The notes: a model not told the origin generated them from the sequence alone. Shown: positions 10,855 to 20,876, counted from the stretch's first letter. The stretch is DNA of 64,000 nucleotides from Desulfosudaceae bacterium (GCA_963674745.2 CAXXDV010000003.1:2432001-2496000); one strand, 5' to 3'. Numbers and translations: made by a program.

Positions 10855-11399
10855 CCATAACCGAACTGTCCATACCCGGCGTCCTGCTGGTCGAACCGCC
10901 CGGATTTAAAGACAACCGCGGTTTCTTCATGGAAACCTGGCACCAGAAAAAATACAGTGCCGCCGGGATCGACAAGCCCTTTGTCCAGGACAACCGCTCC
11001 CATTCGGCAAAAGGGGTTCTCCGGGGCCTGCATTATCAACTGGCCCACCCCCAGGGCAAACTGGTCTTTGCCGTAACCGGTAAAATCTTTGACGTGGCCG
11101 TGGATATCCGTTCGGGGTCACCGACTTTCGGTCAATGGACGGGTGCCGAACTGTCCATGGAAAACCGTCGCCAGATTTATATCCCGGAAGGGTTCGCCCA
11201 CGGATTTGTGGTCCTCAGTGATTTCGCGGATGTCATCTACAAATGCACGGACTTCTATGCGCCCGGAGATGAATACGGCATTCTCTGGTCGGACCCGGAC
11301 ATCGGTATCGACTGGCCGCTGACGTCACCGATTCTGTCCGACAAAGACCAACAGGCGCCGCCCTTGGGCCTGGTTCCAGAAGGCCATCTTCCGGCCTGA
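10845..11399 (+). CDS. rfbC: dTDP-4-dehydrorhamnose 3,5-epimerase
   Basis: [23 protein letters not shown]. Confidence 0.96.
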   Translation: MALTITELSIPGVLLVEPPGFKDNRGFFMETWHQKKYSAAGIDKPFVQDNRSHSAKGVLRGLHYQLAHPQGKLVFAVTGKIFDVAVDIRSGSPTFGQWTGAELSMENRRQIYIPEGFAHGFVVLSDFADVIYKCTDFYAPGDEYGILWSDPDIGIDWPLTSPILSDKDQQAPPLGLVPEGHLPA

Positions 11400-11452
11400 T
11401 GGTTGTGATCGCAGATGTTATATTCTAAAATTTGCATATTAAGGAGGAGGGG

Positions 11453-12040
11453 ATGAAAAAAAACATTGTGTTCCTTACCGGTCTGCTGGTGATCGTTCTT
11501 CTGGCGTCCGGATGCGGCTATAATACCATGCAGCAGAATGAGGAGGCCGTTTTAAAAGCCTGGGGTGATGTCGAGTCCAATTTACAGCGCCGGGCCGACT
11601 TGATTCCCAACCTGGTGGAAACCGTCAAGGGGTACGCTTCGCACGAAAAAGAAACCCTGCAGGCGGTCATTGAGGCCCGGGCCAAAGCGACTTCCGTCAA
11701 CCTGTCGACAGAAGATCTCGGGAATGCCGCTGCCATGCAAAAACTCCAGGATGCCCAGGGCGCCCTGTCTTCGGCCTTATCCCGATTGATGGTGGTGGTG
11801 GAACGATATCCCGACCTTAAGGCCAATGTCAATTTCATGGACCTGCAAAACCAGCTGGAAGGGACCGAAAACCGGATTAACGTGGCCCGGCAGCGATACA
11901 ACAAGGCCGTTGAGACGTTTAATTTTTCTATCCGCAAGTTCCCCAACAGCCTGACCAACAGCCTCCTGCTTCACCTGGAGCGAAAAGAATACTTTAAAGC
12001 CGAGGCCGGCGCCAAAGTCGTCCCCAAGGTAAAATTCTAA
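11453..12040 (+). CDS. lemA: LemA family lipoprotein
   Basis: Lipobox-like [43 protein letters not shown]. Confidence 0.93.
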   Translation: MKKNIVFLTGLLVIVLLASGCGYNTMQQNEEAVLKAWGDVESNLQRRADLIPNLVETVKGYASHEKETLQAVIEARAKATSVNLSTEDLGNAAAMQKLQDAQGALSSALSRLMVVVERYPDLKANVNFMDLQNQLEGTENRINVARQRYNKAVETFNFSIRKFPNSLTNSLLLHLERKEYFKAEAGAKVVPKVKF

Positions 12041-12051
12041 GGGATAAAGAG

Positions 12052-12969
12052 ATGAACGCTTTCTGCCTCAAGTTGACGATCATCTTTGCGCTTGTTTTAT
12101 CCGTGCTTTTCATCCCGGCAAAAAGCGTTTCAGCCCTTGACGTCCCGGCCCTCTCCGGGCGCGTTAACGATTATGCCGGCATGCTGTCCGGCCATACGGA
12201 ACAGCAGCTTGATACAAATCTCGGGCAACTGGAAAAAACGGATTCCACCCAGATTGTGGTTCTGACCATCCCGTCCCTGGAAGGAGACAACCTGGAGGAT
12301 TTTTCCATACGCGTGGCAGAGGCCTGGGGTGTCGGCCATAAGGGGAAAGACAATGGCGCCATTCTATTGATTGCCAAAAAAGAACGAAAGATACGGATTG
12401 AAGTCGGCTACGGCCTGGAAGGAAGTCTCACCGATATGATCTCGGGTCGGATTATTCGCAATATTATCACACCGAACTTTAAATCAGGCAACTTTGACAA
12501 AGGCGTTCTGGATGGCGTCCAGGCCATGATCGGCGTCGTCAAGGGCAAGTTTAAAGGGCAAAAACCGGGGACTCAAATAAGCGCGTCACCTCCGGACCTG
12601 TTCGGTTTTTTTGTGGTACTGATGCTGATAAATATGCTTGGCAGGCTGCGCCGTTCCGTGGGCACTTTGGCCGGGGGCTTTCTTATACCGCTGGCCGGCT
12701 GGCTGACCTTCGGCCTTAGCATGTTATGGGTCCTGGCCCTGATTCCGGCAGGTGTGCTTTCCGGGTTACTGATAAGCTATATCGGCCGGCCTTTATCCTT
12801 TAGCGATACCACTTCCGGATATTCCCGCCGCGGCGGCGGATATTACGACACCGGTGGATATTTTGGCGGCGGTGGTTTTGGCGGCTATGGTGGCGGTGGA
12901 TTCGGAGGCGGCGGTTTCGGGGGGGGCGGTGGCGGTTTCGGCGGCGGTGGCGCCTCCGGCGGCTGGTAA
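12052..12969 (+). CDS. TPM-domain (YgcG-like) membrane protein with Gly-rich tail
   Basis: RVNDYAGML, RIEVGYGLEG, C-terminal GGGFGGGGASGGW. Confidence 0.92.
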   Translation: MNAFCLKLTIIFALVLSVLFIPAKSVSALDVPALSGRVNDYAGMLSGHTEQQLDTNLGQLEKTDSTQIVVLTIPSLEGDNLEDFSIRVAEAWGVGHKGKDNGAILLIAKKERKIRIEVGYGLEGSLTDMISGRIIRNIITPNFKSGNFDKGVLDGVQAMIGVVKGKFKGQKPGTQISASPPDLFGFFVVLMLINMLGRLRRSVGTLAGGFLIPLAGWLTFGLSMLWVLALIPAGVLSGLLISYIGRPLSFSDTTSGYSRRGGGYYDTGGYFGGGGFGGYGGGGFGGGGFGGGGGGFGGGGASGGW

Positions 12970-13012
12970 AAATGATTTCGTTCAGAAACATACATATATT
13001 AATGGTTGAAAT

Positions 13013-13666
13013 ATGAAAGACCTGACAAAAATTTTTCTTTCACCAAGTGACAGGGAAAATATTATCAAGGCCGTCAAAGATGCGGAAAAAGAGACTGCCG
13101 GAGAAATCGTTCCAATGATTGTTCCCGTTAGTTACCATTACCCCGTAGCCGATATTGTCGGAGGCGCGGCTTTCGGCTTACCACTGGCCCTGGCAGCCAC
13201 TTATCTGGTCGGTGGCTGGCTGTGGATCGGCACCCAGAATCTATGGCTGTTCCTGGGCCTTTTCGGATTACTGTTCATTGTCTTTCAGCAGACAATCAAA
13301 CGCTCAACCCGGCTGAAGCGACTTTTTGTTTCCGAAAATGAAATGCTGGAAGAAGTTGAAGAAGCCGCTTTTGTTAATTTTTACAAAAACGGATTAAATC
13401 GCACACGTGATGAAACCGGAATCCTGCTTTTTATCTCTGTGTTTGAAAAAAAAGTCTGCATCCTGGCCGATCGCGGCATAGATCAGAAAGTACCGGCCGA
13501 CCAGTGGAACCAGACCGTTGAAACAATCGTTGCAGGCATCAAACAGAATCGTCAGGGAGAAGCCATTTGCGAGGCCATATCCGAAGTCGGACGTCTTTTG
13601 GCCCTCCATTTTCCGGTTAAGCCGGATGACGTGGATGAACTGGACAACCTGGTCGTCCAGGAATGA
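13013..13666 (+). CDS. TPM-domain membrane protein (LemA operon partner)
   Basis: AEKETAGEIV, TGILLFISVFE, ILADRGI, DELDN. Confidence 0.88.
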   Translation: MKDLTKIFLSPSDRENIIKAVKDAEKETAGEIVPMIVPVSYHYPVADIVGGAAFGLPLALAATYLVGGWLWIGTQNLWLFLGLFGLLFIVFQQTIKRSTRLKRLFVSENEMLEEVEEAAFVNFYKNGLNRTRDETGILLFISVFEKKVCILADRGIDQKVPADQWNQTVETIVAGIKQNRQGEAICEAISEVGRLLALHFPVKPDDVDELDNLVVQE

Positions 13667-13689
13667 GTCCTCCTGGGCCAGGCCTTACA

Positions 13690-13830
13690 GGTATTTCAAA
13701 AAATTAGAATTCTTGTTCGAGGTCAAGGCCTGTGAAAATTTTAACCGGGGGAATACATGGATGTATTTCGAGGATTAAAATTTGAGCATAACGCCGACAT
13801 CGGGCCAAAAGGCAATTTTTAAAACTGACC
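13690..13830. repeat. Structured intergenic repeat element (REP/MITE-like) between convergent genes
   Basis: Hairpin AAATTTTAA..GAATACAT-gg-ATGTATTT..TTAAAATTT (13736-13783), flanked by AGGTCAAGGC and AACGCCGACATCGGGC, which resemble motifs in the element at 17564. Boundaries are approximate. Confidence 0.6.
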
Positions 13831-13839
13831 GGATATGAA

Positions 13840-14622
13840 TCAGGTTTTCAGGTAGACGCTGGGTTCAACGAATTTAAAGGAATGCGTCAGGAAACTCAGG
13901 CTTTCAGCACCGCCAATGATCAGATATCCGTTGGGTTTCAATACGCCGTAAATTTTTTCCAGCACTTTCTGCCGGGTCGGGGGATCAAAATAAATCATCA
14001 CGTTGCGGCAGAAAACAATATCAAAGCGCCCGATCGGCATGGCGTCTGTAATCAGATTGTGGTGGTTAAAGGTGACATGCTTCCTGACCTTCTCACTGAC
14101 ATGAACGGTTTTTCGATCTTCATCACCTGATATCTTAAAATAGGCCGTCACCAGTCGCGAATCCATCTTGTCAGTTTTTCCAATCGGATAAACAGCTTCT
14201 TTGGCCTGTTTGAGCATGTTTCCGGACAAATCCGTGGCCAGCACGGAAGGGGCAAACCCTTTTTCCAGACAATCGATCACCACCGAGTAGGGCTCCTCAC
14301 CGCTGGAGCAGGCGGCGCACCAGATATTGGCGGCCGTGTTTTTTTGAAGGTATTTGAAGGATCCGTTCTCTCTGAAAAAAAAGGTATGGGTCGTGGCAAT
14401 GGCATCGATAAATGAGGCCAATTCCGTGGGGTCAGAGCGTAACAGACCCAGATAATCGCTGACCGGCATCATGCCAATTTTTGTAAGCCGCTGATAAAGA
14501 CGCGTTTCTATCAGCCGGTGCTTACCCTTGAGGTTAATGCCCGATTCCCTGTAAGCCAGGCCAATCAGTATGTTATACTGCGACTCGGTCAATTTTATAA
14601 CGGAATCGCCGGGATTATCCAA
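13840..14622 (-). CDS. cheR: CheR-type protein-glutamate O-methyltransferase
   Basis: TFFFRE, IWCAACSSGEEPYS, FDIVFCRNVMIYFD, GYLIIGGAESL. Confidence 0.92.
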   Translation of the reverse strand: MDNPGDSVIKLTESQYNILIGLAYRESGINLKGKHRLIETRLYQRLTKIGMMPVSDYLGLLRSDPTELASFIDAIATTHTFFFRENGSFKYLQKNTAANIWCAACSSGEEPYSVVIDCLEKGFAPSVLATDLSGNMLKQAKEAVYPIGKTDKMDSRLVTAYFKISGDEDRKTVHVSEKVRKHVTFNHHNLITDAMPIGRFDIVFCRNVMIYFDPPTRQKVLEKIYGVLKPNGYLIIGGAESLSFLTHSFKFVEPSVYLKT

Positions 14623-14805
14623 CGTCAGCTTAACCTCTCAACCACTTAATCACCTAAAACTTTAAAACCTAAAACCGTTTAAGAAGTAAAAGGGCTGCTG
14701 AGACGGTTTAAGGCCTTGCCCGGTCAGGGCGCTAAGAACAATTAGAATATAAATAGTCTTGCATAAAAAGTCCCGATCTTTTTTACGCAGACCCGAAAAA
14801 ATTTG

Positions 14806-14858
14806 TTGACTTGACCAATCAAACTGATAATATATTGGACGGATGACCGAACAATATA
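14806..14858 (+). promoter_or_regulatory. Putative sigma70 promoter overlapped by a palindromic TetR operator
   Basis: TTGACT at 14806 and TAATAT at 14828 (16-bp spacer). Imperfect palindrome TATATTGgaCGGatgaCCGaaCAATATA at 14831-14858, about 30 bp upstream of the tetR ATG. Confidence 0.55.
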
Positions 14859-14887
14859 AAAAACAATACCAGACTTGAGATAATATT

Positions 14888-15526
14888 ATGGGTAGAAAAA
14901 GCATGGCGGACGAGCGCCGCCAGGAAATCATCGAAGCTTTTTACTATTGTGTCAATGACGGCGGACTGGCCAACGCGTCCATTCGCAAAATCGCCCGGCA
15001 GGCCGGGGTCCAACCCAGCATCATCCATCATTATTTTAAGGACCGGGATGAAATGATTGAAAATATGGTGGTTTTTTTCGCGGACACCATTTTCGACAGT
15101 TTCATCGAGGAAATGGAGCAGCATGGAAATCCGGAAACAAAATTTTTCAAGGCCCTGGAATTCATGTACAGCCCGGGCATGATTAATAAGGAATACTCCG
15201 GTTTTTTCCTGGAATGTTGCGTAGAAGCACGCCGCAACCCCAAGGTTAAAGCCACTCTGGCCAGAACTTTTCGCCATTTTCGGCAGACCATCATTGCCTA
15301 TATTGAAGAAATGAACATCCTGGAAAACCTGACGAAAACACAGAAAGAAAATTACGCCTCCATGCTTATCGCCATTCACGAGGGGCTGGAGTTGCAGTGG
15401 TATCTAGATCCCAAAGCCGTTTCTCTGAAAAAAGCCACGGCCCTGACCCGCTATGTGATTGACCTGATGATCGCGGACAGTATGCGGACGGCCACCTTAG
15501 AAGCAGGGACCGCATTAACCCGATAA
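14888..15526 (+). CDS. TetR/BetI-family transcriptional regulator
   Basis: N-terminal HTH: ERRQEIIEA..ASIRKIARQAGVQPSIIHHYFKDRDE. Confidence 0.92.
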   Translation: MGRKSMADERRQEIIEAFYYCVNDGGLANASIRKIARQAGVQPSIIHHYFKDRDEMIENMVVFFADTIFDSFIEEMEQHGNPETKFFKALEFMYSPGMINKEYSGFFLECCVEARRNPKVKATLARTFRHFRQTIIAYIEEMNILENLTKTQKENYASMLIAIHEGLELQWYLDPKAVSLKKATALTRYVIDLMIADSMRTATLEAGTALTR

Positions 15527-15548
15527 TCCATTAAAGGCCATTTGAAAA

Positions 15549-16667
15549 ATGATTACAGGTATTTTAAAAGAAATCAAACAGGAAGAGCACCGGGTGGCCA
15601 TGACGCCGGCCGGTGCGGAACTCATGCATCAGCACGGCCACCAGGTTCTGGTAGAAAAAAATGCCGGTGAGGGCAGTGGCTATGATGACTGCCGTTACCA
15701 GGAGGCCGGGGCCGAGATCGTTGCAACGGCGGAAGAAATTTTCAACCGGGCCGACATGGTCATGCATGTCAAGGAGCCGCTGAAAAGTGAATACAACCTT
15801 TTGCGGCCCAGTCAGATTTTGTTTACCTACCTGCATTTGGCGGCCAATCAGGAGCTGACCGAGGCGCTGATCAAAAGCGGTGCCGTGTGCATTGCTTATG
15901 AAACGATTCAGAAAGCGGACAAGTCCCTGCCCTTGCTGACGCCGATGAGTGAAGTCGCCGGGCGGATGGCCGTACAGGAAGCCGCTAAATTTCTGGAAAT
16001 TCCCAACGGTGGCCAGGGCATACTGCTGGGCGGCGTTCCCGGAGTCGCACCGGGTAACGTGTTGGTCATCGGTGGCGGCGTAGTCGGTGTCAATGCCGCC
16101 AAAATGGCCTGCGGCCTGGGAGCCAGTGTGACCCTGCTGGATACGGATCTGGAACGGTTACGATACCTGTCTGATGTCATGCCCAAAAACTGCTTTCTGT
16201 TAATGTCGACACCGGCCGCCGTCCGCAAGCTGGTTCCCATGGCCGATGTGGTCATCGGCGCGGTTCTGCTTCCCGGTGGCGCCAGGGCCCCCCGGCTGGT
16301 GACCCGTGACATGCTTAAAACCATGAAAAAAGGGGCTGTCCTGGTGGACGTGGCCATTGACCAGGGCGGCTGTTTTGAAACCTCCCGACCGACGACCCAC
16401 GGCGACCCGGTTTTTATGGAAGAAGGCGTGGTACATTACTGCGTGGCCAATATGCCGGGTGCGGTAGCCAAAACATCCACCCAGGCACTGACCAATGCCA
16501 CCCTGCCCTATGCCCTTGAAATAGCGGACAAAGGTTGGCGGCAGGCCATGAAGGAAAACATGGAAATCCAGTATGGCGCAAATATTATTGAAGGTAAGGT
16601 GACCTGCCGGGGCGTAGCCGACGCCTTTACCATGGAATGCGAATCAATGGAAACGTTACTGTCCTGA
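15549..16667 (+). CDS. ald: Alanine dehydrogenase
   Basis: KEIK..EHRVA, FTYLHLAA, PMSEVAGR, DVAIDQGGCFETS, HYCVANMPGAV. Confidence 0.96.
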   Translation: MITGILKEIKQEEHRVAMTPAGAELMHQHGHQVLVEKNAGEGSGYDDCRYQEAGAEIVATAEEIFNRADMVMHVKEPLKSEYNLLRPSQILFTYLHLAANQELTEALIKSGAVCIAYETIQKADKSLPLLTPMSEVAGRMAVQEAAKFLEIPNGGQGILLGGVPGVAPGNVLVIGGGVVGVNAAKMACGLGASVTLLDTDLERLRYLSDVMPKNCFLLMSTPAAVRKLVPMADVVIGAVLLPGGARAPRLVTRDMLKTMKKGAVLVDVAIDQGGCFETSRPTTHGDPVFMEEGVVHYCVANMPGAVAKTSTQALTNATLPYALEIADKGWRQAMKENMEIQYGANIIEGKVTCRGVADAFTMECESMETLLS

Positions 16668-16769
16668 TAAACCTTCGGATATCCGGGCAGGCTTGTTTGA
16701 TATAGCAGCTGGGGACTGACGCATTAACCGGCAAATGTCCCTCTAAACCTCTAAAAAAGGAGGCTGACG

Positions 16770-17534
16770 TTGAACTATCAATCTATTCTGGCAGCACTTA
16801 ACCTGCAGGCGGTGCTGCCCAACCTCGAGGACATTGTCCGGCATGACCCGTCTGCGGCCGATATCGCGGGCAAAAAAGATATCAGCATTCAGTTTCTGGT
16901 CAGAAACGGTCCGGCCGCCGGTGTTGAATTTAAAAACGGCGCCTGCACCGTCACCAGTGGCAAGCGGGCCGATGCCGATGTAAAACTTTTTTTTACATCC
17001 TGCGACCATTTGAACAAAATGTTCAAGAACCAGTCCAATCCCATTCCGATCAAGGGATTCACCAAGCTTGGTTTCCTGACAAAAGAGTTCACTCAGATTA
17101 CCCAGCGGATGGAACATTTTTTGACCCCGGATGACAAGCTTCTGGAACAGGCGGACTACATGGCCCTTAACACATTGCTGACGTTGAACACGGCCGCACG
17201 GGCCATTTGCATCATCATCCAGGGGGACCCGGCGGCAAAAAATGTGGCCGCCGGTATACCCGATGGGACGATCATGCTCAAAGTGCTTCCGGAAGGTCCT
17301 GCGGCTACCGTTTCTTTCCAGAACCGGCAGGCGACCATGCTCCCGGGAGAAGTTGACAAGCCGTCGGCCATCATGCTCATGAAAGACATGAAGACCGCTA
17401 ATGATCTGTTAAACCAGAAGCTGGACGCCTTTTCGGCCATCGCCCTGGGAGACATCATGATCTGGGGGCAGACACCCATGATTGACTGCCTGGACCTTAT
17501 CCTGGACCGAATCCCGCATTACCTGCAACCATGA
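16770..17534 (+). CDS. Hypothetical protein with probable tandem SCP2-like (lipid-binding) domains
   Basis: Two strand-rich segments, each followed by ADVKL or PSAIM. C-terminal LLNQKLDAFSAIALGDIMIWG resembles the SCP2 signature. TTG start after AGGAGG. Confidence 0.6.
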   Translation: MNYQSILAALNLQAVLPNLEDIVRHDPSAADIAGKKDISIQFLVRNGPAAGVEFKNGACTVTSGKRADADVKLFFTSCDHLNKMFKNQSNPIPIKGFTKLGFLTKEFTQITQRMEHFLTPDDKLLEQADYMALNTLLTLNTAARAICIIIQGDPAAKNVAAGIPDGTIMLKVLPEGPAATVSFQNRQATMLPGEVDKPSAIMLMKDMKTANDLLNQKLDAFSAIALGDIMIWGQTPMIDCLDLILDRIPHYLQP

Positions 17535-17563
17535 GTAATGCCTGTATAAAAAGTCAACAATGG

Positions 17564-17687
17564 GATGGCAAAGTAAAAAGCACAAGGTCAAGGCGCGCAA
17601 ATCACGAGGAATGCAGCGTACTAGATCGTACGTGAAATTCCGAGAGATGCAGCGCAACGTAGAGATTGGGCTTTTTACGAAGCCATC
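17564..17687. mobile_element. 124-bp MITE-like element with 18-bp terminal inverted repeats, inside the operon
   Basis: GATGGCAAAGTAAAAAGC ... GCTTTTTACGAAGCCATC (15/18 complementary). Confidence 0.7.
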
Positions 17688-17701
17688 ATGAGAGAGGCAA
17701 C

Positions 17702-18940
17702 ATGAAAACATATACTTTTCAAAAATCAAGAGAACTGTTTCAAAAAGCGTCCCGTCTCATCCCCTGCGGCATATACGGGCACTTCAGTCCGGCGCCGCTG
17801 ATCCCGCCGGAGCATTATCCTTTTTACGCGGAAAAAGCGTCCGGTGCCCGCATAACGGATGTAGACGGCAATGAATTCGTCGACTATATGTGCGCCTACG
17901 GCCCCATGGTACTGGGGTACAATCATGAAGGCGTGGACAGGGCCGCCGCCGCTCAGCGCGAAAAGGGAAACTGCCTGTCAATGCCGTCACCGATCATGGT
18001 GGAGCTGGCCGAAAAACTGGTCGACACGGTTTCCATCGCCGACTGGGCTTTTTTTGCCAAAAACGGCAACGATGTCACCACTTACGCCCTCATGACCGCC
18101 AGAAAAGCCACGGGCAGGAAAAAAATCGTTTGCATCAAAGGCGGCTATCACGGTGTGGCGCCTTGGACGCAAGGTTACGGCCACCATGGCATCATGGAAG
18201 AAGACGGCCGGCATATCATCCGCATTCCCTGGAATGATATCGGCGCCCTGGAAGCGGCTATCGACCGGAACCCGGACCAGATTGCCGGCTTCATGGCCTG
18301 TCCTTATCATCACCCCACCTTTGTGGATAATGAAATGCCGGCCGATGGTTACTGGCAGAACGTGGAACGTATCTGCCGCCGACACGGCATCGTGCTGATA
18401 GTCGATGACATCCGTTGTGGATTTCGGCTGGACATCCGGGGATCAAACGAATATTTCGGATTCAAACCGGATCTGATCTGTTTCTGCAAGGCCATCGGCA
18501 ACGGTTATCCCATCTCGGCCCTGGTCGGTGTCGAGTCGTTGAAAAACGACGCCGCCAAAGTATTCTACACCGGCAGTTACTGGTTTTCGGCGGTCCCCAT
18601 GGCCGCGGCCATCGCCACCATCGACGAGATGAAACGGATCAATGCCACCAAAACCATGCTCTCTTTCGGCGAAAAACTGCGGGACGGGCTGATCTCCAGC
18701 GCCCAACAGCATGGTTTCGACCTGAAGGTTACGGGTCATCCCGCCATGCCCTACCTGCGCATCACCGATGATCCCACCCTCATGCTGCATCAGAAATGGT
18801 GCGGCGAATGCACCCGCCGGGGCGCTTTTTTCACATCTCACCATAACTGGTTTGTATCAACAGCCCATAATGATGAAGACCTTGACCTGACCCTGCAAAT
18901 CGCCGACGCGGCTTTTGAAGCAGTTAAACAGCAATCATAA
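17702..18940 (+). CDS. Class III PLP-dependent aminotransferase, FumI (aminopentol aminotransferase)-like
   Basis: DYMCAYGP, ADWAFFAKNG, DDIRCGFR, PDLICFCK (PLP Lys), GYPISAL and TGSYWFSAVPMAAAI match my recollection of Sphingopyxis FumI, not HemL. Confidence 0.85.
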   Translation: MKTYTFQKSRELFQKASRLIPCGIYGHFSPAPLIPPEHYPFYAEKASGARITDVDGNEFVDYMCAYGPMVLGYNHEGVDRAAAAQREKGNCLSMPSPIMVELAEKLVDTVSIADWAFFAKNGNDVTTYALMTARKATGRKKIVCIKGGYHGVAPWTQGYGHHGIMEEDGRHIIRIPWNDIGALEAAIDRNPDQIAGFMACPYHHPTFVDNEMPADGYWQNVERICRRHGIVLIVDDIRCGFRLDIRGSNEYFGFKPDLICFCKAIGNGYPISALVGVESLKNDAAKVFYTGSYWFSAVPMAAAIATIDEMKRINATKTMLSFGEKLRDGLISSAQQHGFDLKVTGHPAMPYLRITDDPTLMLHQKWCGECTRRGAFFTSHHNWFVSTAHNDEDLDLTLQIADAAFEAVKQQS

Positions 18941-18962
18941 CAACATGACGGAGGCAACGATA

Positions 18963-19799
18963 ATGGCTTTATCACAAGAAGAATTCACATTATTAAATGA
19001 AAAAGCCCGACAGGCCCGAAGGGACATCGTCGATATCACCGGTTGGTCCGGCGGCGCCCATATCGGCGGCGGATTATCGGTGGTGGATATGCTGATTATC
19101 CTTTACTACAAGTACATGAACATCAACCCCCAGCAACCCGACTGGGAGGACCGTGACCGCTTCATTCTCAGCAAGGGTCACGCCGGGGTGGCTTACGCGC
19201 CGGTACTGGCAAGAAAAGGCTACTTTGATTTCGACCTGCTTAAAACCTTCAACAAATTCAAATCACCCTTTGGCATGCACCTGGACGGCGGCAAGGTCAA
19301 GGGTGTGGATGCGTCTACCGGCTCCCTGGGACACGGGCTGCCCATAGGCGTGGGCATGGCACTTGGCGCAAGGCTGCAGAAGAAAGACTGGTGGACATAC
19401 TGTATCCTGGGTGACGGCGAATGTAACGAAGGCTCGATCTGGGAAGCGGCCATGGCTGCCAGTCATTTCAAGCTGACCAACCTGATCACCTTCGTGGACA
19501 AAAACAGGCTGATGATCGACGGCACCACCGAAGAGGTCATGGGCCTGGAGCCCCTGGCGGACAAATGGACCGCCTTCGGCTTTATTGTAAAAGAGGTGGA
19601 TGGCCACAGTTTCGAGGAACTGGCTGCCGCCATCGATTATGCCCACAGTAAACCCGGGCAACCGGTGGTCATCATCGCCAATACGGTTAAAGGCAAAGGT
19701 GTCGATTTTATGGAAAACGAGGTTAAATGGCATTACGGCGGGCTGGATACGGCGCTGCTGGAAAAGGCCCACCAGTCCATAGATAAAATGTACGCCTGA
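18963..19799 (+). CDS. Transketolase-like N-terminal (TPP-binding) subunit
   Basis: RDRFILSKGHA, TGSLGHGL, LGDGECNEG, TVKGKGV. Confidence 0.95.
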   Translation: MALSQEEFTLLNEKARQARRDIVDITGWSGGAHIGGGLSVVDMLIILYYKYMNINPQQPDWEDRDRFILSKGHAGVAYAPVLARKGYFDFDLLKTFNKFKSPFGMHLDGGKVKGVDASTGSLGHGLPIGVGMALGARLQKKDWWTYCILGDGECNEGSIWEAAMAASHFKLTNLITFVDKNRLMIDGTTEEVMGLEPLADKWTAFGFIVKEVDGHSFEELAAAIDYAHSKPGQPVVIIANTVKGKGVDFMENEVKWHYGGLDTALLEKAHQSIDKMYA

Positions 19800-19865
19800 T
19801 AACGGCCGATAATAAATCAGACATGAAATCATCATTATTAAATTTTCAGATAACAGGAGTCAATT

Positions 19866-20876
19866 ATGAGTGAAGGCATCACCTGGACGGTTTATGACGC
19901 GGATACCATGACCCAGGCTGAGATATACGGTCAGGTATTATGCGATCTGGGAAAAATCAATCCGAAGATTGTCGGATTATCCGCAGACCTGGCCAAGTCC
20001 ACTAAAATCGGCCGTTTTCAGGACCATTTCCCGGAACGTTTTTTCAACGTCGGCATCGCGGAGCAGAATCTGTTCGGTGTGGCCGCGGGCCTGGCCAAGA
20101 CCGGCCTGCTGCCGTTCGTATCCACCATGGCCGCGTTTTCATCCATGCGGGCCGCCGAGCAGGTCAGGACCGACATCTGCTACCAGAACCTGGACGTCAA
20201 AATTATCGCCACCCACGGCGGTGCTTCTTTCGGCCAGGCCGGAACCACCCATCACTGCACCGAAGATATCGCCATCATGCGGTCTTTCGCCAACATGACC
20301 GTGATTGTACCGGCCGACGGCATAGAAATGGCCAATGTGGTCAAACAGTGTGTCGATTATCCGGGCCCGGTTTATATCCGTATCGGCCGCGGATTTGAAC
20401 CCCGCCATTATGAAAACGAGGAATACGGATTTACCATTGGCAAGGCCGTGGAATTATCCCAGGGTACGGACATTACCATCATCTGCTGCGGTATCACCGT
20501 GTTCCACGCCATGGAAGCGGCCAAGGTACTGACGGAAGATGACAAGCTGTCGGTACGCGTGCTCAACATGCATACCATCAAACCGCTGGATGAAGAAGCC
20601 GTCATGAAAGCCGTCACGGAAACCCGGCGATTGATCGTCTTTGAAGAGCACAATGTCAACGGCGGATTGGGCAGTGCCGTGGCCGATGTCATTGCGCAAA
20701 GCGGCAAAGGCTGCGCTTTCAAAAAAGTCGGTATTCCGGACTGTTTCTGTGAAGTCGGTTATCCGGAAGACCTTTATACCCACTACCGGCTGGACACGGA
20801 CGGTATCATCGAAACCGTGCGGGAAGTGATGAATATCGAATTTGAAGAGGACGAAGACTGGGAAGACGAGGTATAA
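19866..20876 (+). CDS. Transketolase-like C-terminal (pyrimidine-binding) subunit
   Basis: ADLAKST, GIAEQN, THGG, GPVYIR, HTIKPLD, EEHNVNGGLG. Confidence 0.95.
   Translation: MSEGITWTVYDADTMTQAEIYGQVLCDLGKINPKIVGLSADLAKSTKIGRFQDHFPERFFNVGIAEQNLFGVAAGLAKTGLLPFVSTMAAFSSMRAAEQVRTDICYQNLDVKIIATHGGASFGQAGTTHHCTEDIAIMRSFANMTVIVPADGIEMANVVKQCVDYPGPVYIRIGRGFEPRHYENEEYGFTIGKAVELSQGTDITIICCGITVFHAMEAAKVLTEDDKLSVRVLNMHTIKPLDEEAVMKAVTETRRLIVFEEHNVNGGLGSAVADVIAQSGKGCAFKKVGIPDCFCEVGYPEDLYTHYRLDTDGIIETVREVMNIEFEEDEDWEDEV

Noticed and set aside
12830..12969. GGC-rich low-complexity tract
   Set aside because: Ordinary Gly-rich tail of TPM/YgcG proteins.
13518..13778. 86-aa ORF ending ACENFNRGNTWMYFED
   Set aside because: It overlaps the TPM gene and reads through a structured repeat; likely spurious.
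17702..18940. Calling the aminotransferase hemL
   Set aside because: It lacks the HemL PGGVNSPVR and SGTEA motifs and has no tetrapyrrole context.
18963..20876. Housekeeping pentose-phosphate transketolase or DXP synthase
   Set aside because: The substrate motif is altered and the genes sit in a TetR-regulated catabolic context; the split architecture does not fit Dxs.
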